Of a stretch of 64,000 bases of DNA, positions 57,887 to 64,000 are shown in pieces (the stretch's first letter is position 1; every line of letters begins with the position of its first letter). The notes below the pieces were generated by a model. The model worked only from the letters and a program-made list of their open reading frames with translations, ran no database searches and was not told the origin of the DNA. The DNA comes from Bdellovibrionales bacterium RIFOXYD12_FULL_39_22 (GTDB taxonomy: Bacteria > Bdellovibrionota > Bacteriovoracia > Bacteriovoracales > Bacteriovoracaceae): positions 1-64,000 of the forward strand of contig MEQL01000007.1 of the NCBI GenBank assembly GCA_001770205.1, written 5' to 3'. The translations under genes and the position numbers were made by a program.

Positions 57887-60800
57887 ATGCCAGAAGTAAG
57901 TCGTAATAGTCCATGCCCTTGTGGGAGTGGAAAAAAATATAAGCGCTGTTGTTTAAAAGAAGAAGGTTCGTCGCCGAAGTCCGGCACGATATCTGTCCGG
58001 CCTCCGGCACCTTCCCCTGGATTTTTAACGATAGAAATGTGCGCAAACTTAACGATGAATGAACTAATTGAGCGTTATTCTTCAAAAGGTGTTGCGATTA
58101 GTTTGGCCTGGTTAGAAAAACACAAGAAAAACTTAATGTTTCAGCTTTCGCTGGAACACGATCTTCAAACAAAGGAAGTTCGTCTTTATCTACATTTTAT
58201 GGCCCTGGAAGTGTCCACGGACTTTTATCCTACATGCGATATTAACTTCAGCAGTGGTGTTTTAAATCTTTGGGTTCGAAAAGGGCAAATTGATTTTTAT
58301 CCAGACAGATCATTGCCGGCCATCTTTTTTCATAAGTTATTGGCCGAAGACGGCCTTGCTTTTATTGAGAAATTTCATCCCCAATCCCGACTTCGGGAGT
58401 TGAGGGTAGTTTTGCGAACACTTTTTATTAAATCAAGCAATATAGAAAAAATCACGCTGACATCCGTTGCGTCGGTGGCCAATATCTTTTCCATCAATGA
58501 TTTGGAGCGCATAAAGGGAGAATCTCAACCTCGTTTCAATAAAATATTTTCCGGCATTGGCCAACCAGCAAATCCCATTTGGATAGAAGAAGGTGATGTT
58601 ACTTATTGTCGACGACGACGTTTGATTTATCGTCCTAATACCACTTCTGATGGCGATGATTTTTTAAAGACTCTCTATGAATATAATGAGGCCCCTTATT
58701 CACATGCGTATTCCTCCTTGGCGCTAGAGTTTAGTGATAACACTGTTATCAGTTATATGGATTTATTGTGTCATCCATATTGGGTTTTACTAAAAGATGA
58801 ATTTGGTAAAGCAATTTCTGCAAAAAATAATTTAGATTATTCGGAAAAAGCATCGTGGCCATTTAAAACCCCGATGGCCAATGGGAATAGATATAATTCC
58901 CCCTTCTTTCGCCCCTATTCAGAAGAGTATGCAAAAAAAACAACAGATGGTTTTTTTCAAGCAATTAAAAAAGGGTATGGCGATAAAATTAACTATTGGT
59001 ATATGTTTGCATCAAGAGATATGGCCGTAAAAAAACTGGTAGAGATTAAAGATTGGCAAATAGTGACGCCGCGAGATTATTCCGTGGAAGTATCCTCGCC
59101 ATTTGTTACTGCTAGGCCTTTGGATAAATCTCTATTGGATGATGGACTCATTTATGTCCGCTCTGATTCTGATACTTTGTTGCTGGATATGAAGCAGCAG
59201 AAAGTTTATCAAATCATTGTCGGGGATCTGATGCGGTATTTTCGTAATACCTTTTATACTCTAGATCCAAAATCCTTTTCTTCAGTAACCCTTTCATCCA
59301 ACTATTTGCATCAATTACGTGCCAATTCTTTTTTTACCACCTCTTTTGATGAATTTGAAAGCGAATTAAAGAGGCGATATGAAATAGAGATAAGCTATGA
59401 TCCGCAGAAAGTTTATTCTATTGCAGATACTCAGGTTGAATTTCATTTTACAAATAGAGTGCCAGATAAACTGGCCATAAAAATTACCGGACAAGGAGAG
59501 ATTCAAGGGGAGAAATTTGAGCTGGCCGCAGCTAATTTGCCATATTTTTATCGGGTCTATTTTAATCTGTTAAGCAATGGTGTGAGTGGTTTTTTTGATG
59601 ATAAAAGCGGGGACTTGGCCAAACGCCAAATGGGGGATGTTCGCCAAAATGATTTAAAATTTCTTCGACACTCAGGAGTAGCACTTAATATGCTTTACGA
59701 GAGCATGCGCTTGTTTCATCGAAACCCCGAAATAAAGTATAATGAATTTGAAAAGATAATTCTTTCTTATACCGCGCATCTTTTTAAACAGATTTTAGAA
59801 AAGGCCAAGACCTTTACCCCTTTTTCGGAAACAACCCCCGCTAGCGATATTAAGCTAAGTAATTATTGTTCAAAAAGGGTAGTGGATGCCTATAGAAATT
59901 TACTAGATAGTGTTTATGAGGACTTTTCTCCAATGACGATAGATGAAAAAATTGATCATATTTTTACGGAAGAGAAAATTGTTTTTGTTAAGCTTCGCCA
60001 GGGCGTTTTTACCGCACTTTCCCAAATTTTAAAAAGTATTTTAATGATACATTCGGCCAATATATTTTTAAAACAAAAAATAAAGTCTCTTTGTTTTAAT
60101 ATGGTGGAAAATGGAGATTCAAAAATTTTTCTATCGTTGTCAGAAATTTTTGATAGCACACTCAATCTGGCCGATCCGGCCATTAAGATATTTATTGATA
60201 AGCAACCACTGGAAATGTTATTGGCCGATGATTTAAGCTGTTCGCTAGAAATGGCCAATGGAAATGGTGGTGACGGACGAATTGATTGGTTTGAGCTTAA
60301 TCCTAAAATATTTTTTCGCGGTGTAGAGATGAATATGAGCGAGAGGGAGGCCTTTTTGTCTGGCAATGCTCGGCTTTTGCCCTATCAGGGAAAGGTTTAT
60401 TTGATTCGGCAAAAAGATGTTCCATCTCTAAAATGGTTAAACTATTTTTGGAAAAATTTGCGAGGGGAGGCCAGCAATAAACCCAACACTTTTGGTGACA
60501 ATTCGATTGTTACTATTCCGCGTTCAAAAGTTCTAGAAATGTTGGCCTTAAAGGAGGCCGGTGTTCCGGTAATTGGAAATGAGCGCTGGAAAAAAATAGA
60601 AGCAGAGTATGAACAATTAAATACTGAAAAAGTTGGTGGAGATCCCTCTCAGATAGCTTTTCCCCCAGGACTTAAGGTGCCACTCAAGCCATTTCAGCGC
60701 ATCGGAACAAAATGGTTGCGTGATCTTTATGCGTTGGGATTGGGGGGTATTTTGGCCGACGATATGGGCCTGGGCAAGACCATTCAGGCCATCGCCTTGT

Positions 60801-62140
60801 TGGAGTGGCAGCGTTTGGAAAAAAATCTAGGCAAGTGTTTAGTGGTAGTGCCAACTTCGCTCGTTTATAATTGGGTGCGTGAGTTTGAGAAATTTGCCCC
60901 AGAAATCCCTGTACTCGTTTTTGATGGAAAAGAAAAAGCAAAATATTTAGAGGATATGAGTGAGAAAGTGTTGATTGCTACTTATGGCCTTACCGGCGAA
61001 CATCCAGATTTTTTTCAAAGTGTTGAATGGAATATTGTTTTCTATGATGAGGCCCAAAATCTTAAAAATATTAAGGCCAAGCGCACTGGGGAGGCCCGCA
61101 AGCTGGTGAGCAATTCAAAATTTTGCTTAACAGGAACCCCCATGGAAAATCACTATGGGGAATACTTCTCACTGATTGATCTGGTAGTTCCTCAAGCGCT
61201 GGGAGAATATGCAGAGTTTATGAAGAAATATTCACTTGGTAAATTCATGCAAGATGAGACGGAAAAAAGTAGTAATGGCCCAAGTAAAGAGGACATTGAA
61301 TTTTTAAAATTAAAAACTCATCCTTTGGTTTTGCGACGGATGAAAAAAGAAATTCTAGATCAGCTTCCGGAGAAGAACGAATCAGTAGTAACACTACCTT
61401 TGGAGAAGGAACAGAAGAGAATTTACCGGGATATTGCCATTGCTTGGAATGATCGAGTATCTGCAACGATTGAAGAGCAAGGTGGCGAAGGTCGTGCCCG
61501 TTTAGAAATGTTAACAGCCCTAATGCGCTTGCGCCAAGTTTGCTCATGTCCGCAGATTGTTCCTAATATCAAATATGAACAAATTCCTCCCAAGCTTGAG
61601 CTATTGATAGATAATATAGTGTCGTTAGTAGAAAAAAATGAAAGTGTGGTGGTGTTTACTAACTTTAAAATGACGCTTGATTATTTTGCGGGAGAACTGC
61701 TGGCCAGAAACGTTCCGCTGCTGACGATTTCCGGTGCTACGTCATTAAATGCGCGCTATAAGATTTTAGATGACTTTAATTCCGATAATAATGCGCGTGT
61801 TTTATTAATGACATTGAAAACCGGAGGAGTGGGCCTTAACTTAACCAAGGCAAGTTACGTTTTTCATATTGAACCATGGTGGAATCCGGCCACTGAAAAC
61901 CAGGCCACCGACCGTGTTCATCGGATGGGACAGAAAAATTCGGTGCAGGTTTATCGCTACATCATGCAAGATTCGATCGAAGAGAAAATTCAGTTTCTCA
62001 AGACAAAAAAGGGATTGGCCTTCGATGCTCTTTTTGCAGAAAGTGAAGAGGATGCGGATTTTAACCATGGATTGACGGCCAAATATGCCAAGGCCGGAAT
62101 TGCCAGAGAAGATTTTCAATACCTTTTGCAGATACAGTAG
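57887..62140 (+). CDS. SNF2-family helicase/ATPase with N-terminal SEC-C motif
   Basis: SRNSPCPCGSGKKYKRCC; DWFEL; LADDMGLGKT, DEAQ, TGTPMEN, GGVGLNL, WWNP, QATDRVHRMGQ. Confidence 0.93.
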   Translation: MPEVSRNSPCPCGSGKKYKRCCLKEEGSSPKSGTISVRPPAPSPGFLTIEMCANLTMNELIERYSSKGVAISLAWLEKHKKNLMFQLSLEHDLQTKEVRLYLHFMALEVSTDFYPTCDINFSSGVLNLWVRKGQIDFYPDRSLPAIFFHKLLAEDGLAFIEKFHPQSRLRELRVVLRTLFIKSSNIEKITLTSVASVANIFSINDLERIKGESQPRFNKIFSGIGQPANPIWIEEGDVTYCRRRRLIYRPNTTSDGDDFLKTLYEYNEAPYSHAYSSLALEFSDNTVISYMDLLCHPYWVLLKDEFGKAISAKNNLDYSEKASWPFKTPMANGNRYNSPFFRPYSEEYAKKTTDGFFQAIKKGYGDKINYWYMFASRDMAVKKLVEIKDWQIVTPRDYSVEVSSPFVTARPLDKSLLDDGLIYVRSDSDTLLLDMKQQKVYQIIVGDLMRYFRNTFYTLDPKSFSSVTLSSNYLHQLRANSFFTTSFDEFESELKRRYEIEISYDPQKVYSIADTQVEFHFTNRVPDKLAIKITGQGEIQGEKFELAAANLPYFYRVYFNLLSNGVSGFFDDKSGDLAKRQMGDVRQNDLKFLRHSGVALNMLYESMRLFHRNPEIKYNEFEKIILSYTAHLFKQILEKAKTFTPFSETTPASDIKLSNYCSKRVVDAYRNLLDSVYEDFSPMTIDEKIDHIFTEEKIVFVKLRQGVFTALSQILKSILMIHSANIFLKQKIKSLCFNMVENGDSKIFLSLSEIFDSTLNLADPAIKIFIDKQPLEMLLADDLSCSLEMANGNGGDGRIDWFELNPKIFFRGVEMNMSEREAFLSGNARLLPYQGKVYLIRQKDVPSLKWLNYFWKNLRGEASNKPNTFGDNSIVTIPRSKVLEMLALKEAGVPVIGNERWKKIEAEYEQLNTEKVGGDPSQIAFPPGLKVPLKPFQRIGTKWLRDLYALGLGGILADDMGLGKTIQAIALLEWQRLEKNLGKCLVVVPTSLVYNWVREFEKFAPEIPVLVFDGKEKAKYLEDMSEKVLIATYGLTGEHPDFFQSVEWNIVFYDEAQNLKNIKAKRTGEARKLVSNSKFCLTGTPMENHYGEYFSLIDLVVPQALGEYAEFMKKYSLGKFMQDETEKSSNGPSKEDIEFLKLKTHPLVLRRMKKEILDQLPEKNESVVTLPLEKEQKRIYRDIAIAWNDRVSATIEEQGGEGRARLEMLTALMRLRQVCSCPQIVPNIKYEQIPPKLELLIDNIVSLVEKNESVVVFTNFKMTLDYFAGELLARNVPLLTISGATSLNARYKILDDFNSDNNARVLLMTLKTGGVGLNLTKASYVFHIEPWWNPATENQATDRVHRMGQKNSVQVYRYIMQDSIEEKIQFLKTKKGLAFDALFAESEEDADFNHGLTAKYAKAGIAREDFQYLLQIQ

Positions 62141-62163
62141 TTGTGAATGTTAATTTTAAATTA

Positions 62164-62202
62164 CGGTATCTTTAATTTGTTTCTTGCCGAATAAAGATAC
62201 CG
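62164..62202 (+). terminator. stem-loop downstream of the SNF2 gene
   Basis: CGGTATCTTTA ... TAAAGATACCG, 11-bp stem with a 17-nt loop; no clear U-tract. Confidence 0.45.
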
Positions 62203-62420
62203 CCCCATAATTTTTGTAAAAAAGCTAGGGCCGGAAATATTTCGATGCCCTCTTTAGTAATTTGTTGATGTATATCTAATAAAAACTGATTTAAACCCTA
62301 AAATAAGATTGCATAATCGCAAAGAGTAAAATAGCCTACGGCTAAATTTATACATTTGATTTACAATAAAAGTAAAATTCGTTACAGAGCATAATTAAAC
62401 TTATTTTTTTGGGAGGAGAT

Positions 62421-62942
62421 ATGAAAAAAGTTTCGAGGATAAGTATTTTTTTATTGGTTTTTTTTGCTTTAAACTTAAATGCTAAAATAAATACAGAAAC
62501 TGCTAAAAAATTTACAGGTTTATTTAAACTTGAGATGGAAATTCTTAATAAAACAGAAAAACCATGTTCTCCAAATATTCAATCTATTTATTGGTTTAGC
62601 TACTCAATTCTTGATTTTCAATATGAGGATCGAAATAATGGAATTGAAGTGGAGGATAAATTTCCTAGCTTCAGAGAAGAACTCAATGCTTTGCTCATTG
62701 ATACACACAATAAAGTAGTCTTTTCAAAAAATAAAAAATTTAAATATGAATATACTGCAGAAAGTGATTCTTTTATTGCTATGAAAGTCTTTGAAAAGAA
62801 TTGGCTGGGAAAATACAATTTTAATTATGGTTATAATTTATCTGCAGGTGAAGATATATTATCTTCTTTTTTTATTTTAAGTATTGAAGAATTTGATAAC
62901 GATGGAGTTGTCAAACAATGTAAATACATTAAAGTTGATTAA
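62421..62942 (+). CDS. very AT-rich exported hypothetical protein
   Basis: GGAGGAG RBS; signal peptide MKKVSRISIFLLVFFALNLNA. Confidence 0.75.
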   Translation: MKKVSRISIFLLVFFALNLNAKINTETAKKFTGLFKLEMEILNKTEKPCSPNIQSIYWFSYSILDFQYEDRNNGIEVEDKFPSFREELNALLIDTHNKVVFSKNKKFKYEYTAESDSFIAMKVFEKNWLGKYNFNYGYNLSAGEDILSSFFILSIEEFDNDGVVKQCKYIKVD

Positions 62943-62972
62943 ATCACTAGAAAAGTTTTTTCCCGATGCTCA

Positions 62973-64000
62973 TATTAACCAGAGCATAACATAGTACGTA
63001 TTTTCTCTAGACAAACCTTTTCCTTAACTGTTTCATTGTGATATGAAAGATTCACGATCACTAGACCAAATTACCCAAGAAATTATTCGAATTAAGACGG
63101 TTCATGCACTTATTGCTGGTAATACACAGAATGAAGCAGCTGCGCTATTTGGAGTATCCCTGAAGGCCGTTAATAACTGGTGGAGAATATATTGTGAATT
63201 GGGTATCCCAGGTCTGCGAATGAAATCACGCCGGCCCAAATCAGCCGATGCCGGTGGTAAGTTAAAGGGCTGGCAATGTGCGAGTATAGTTCGGACAATT
63301 ATGAAAAAGACGCCTGATCAACTTGAATTTGGTTTTATGCTCTGGACACGAGATGCTATTGCTGAATTAATAAAAGATCGATTCAAAGTTCGACTATCTA
63401 AATGGACAGTAGGTCGCCTTCTTAAAAAGTGGGGAATGTCACCGCAAAAGCCCTTAAAAAAGGCCTATCAGCAGCAACCAGAGGTTGTGAAAACCTGGCT
63501 AGATAAGGAATACCCACGCATTGCCCGCAAGGCCGCACAAGAAAAAGCGGAGATTTTGTGGGGTGATGAGATGGGTGTGCGCTCTGACGATCAAACTGGA
63601 AGAACCTACGGCAAGATTGGACAAACTCCTGTTGTCAAAGTCTCGGGCCAGCGGTTTTCATGCCAGATGATTTCAACAATATCCAATCGTGGAAATTTGC
63701 GCTTCATGATTTTTGATGGGAAATTCAACGCTGATGTTTGTATCACCTTTTTGAAGCGCCTGATCAAGGACTCTATGCGCAAAGTTTTCTTGATTCTTGA
63801 TGGACATCCAGTTCACAAATCCAAAAAAGTTAAATCGTGGATAGCAGCAAATTCCAACAAGATCAGCCCTTTTATATTACCGGCATATAGCCCAGAACTC
63901 AACCCTGATGAATTATTAAATCAAGATGTAAATGTAAAAACCAATGCTGTAAGAAAAAAAACGGGCCATTAACAAAAAAGAGCTAAAGAAGAATTTAACT
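62973..64000 (+). mobile_element. IS630-family insertion sequence (runs off window end)
   Basis: Transposase plus a candidate TA-flanked left end TATTAACCAGAGCATAAC at about 62973. Confidence 0.75.
63043..64000 (+). pseudogene. IS630 transposase with a +1 frameshift near the C-terminus
   Basis: HTH, WGDEMG, ILDGHPVH, LPAYSPELNPDE. An A8 run at 63954-63961 gives an early stop at 63972; removing one A restores RKKRAINKKELKKNL. Confidence 0.8.

Noticed and set aside
129..62818. The many 60-140 aa ORFs antisense to or nested in larger genes (e.g. 129-350, 15603-16025, 59956-60366)
   Set aside because: Shadow frames of well-supported genes, with no RBS or recognisable motifs.
62385..62989. 10-bp direct repeat CAGAGCATAA flanking the orphan gene
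   Set aside because: Short, and the second copy lies within the probable IS630 end; could be chance.
1..64000. CRISPR array, integron attC array, tRNA/rRNA, prophage
   Set aside because: No regularly spaced repeats, cloverleaf signatures, integrase or phage structural genes were seen by eye.

Overview
AT-rich bacterial chromosomal window. The protein families (multicopy-type HNH, HAMP and FecR families, MSHA-like cluster) suggest Bdellovibrionota/Oligoflexia; this is inference. The left end (1-4.2 kb) is an accessory patch: a partial IS1634 transposase not in the ORF track, a higBA toxin-antitoxin pair, and a lipoprotein serine protease flanked by 29-bp direct repeats. The core holds a FadL-like OMP, hemW, an M16 peptidase, an rhlE-like helicase, a compact RNase P RNA, aroC-aroB-aroA, an MSHA-like type IV filament cluster with GspG-like pilins, mgtE, elbB, a cheW-MCP-cheA-cheR-cheB operon, murG, ABC-F and hsp20. 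It also holds a VxrAB/WigKR-like two-component system followed by tandem TGACAA boxes, an HPF-like gene and an unannotated 25-aa membrane ORF, then a wbpE-B-D-A diacetamido-uronic-acid pathway, a divergent HNH / SEC-C-SNF2 pair, and a frameshifted IS630 at the right end. No CRISPR array, tRNA or rRNA was seen. All calls come from motif reading by eye; no searches were run.
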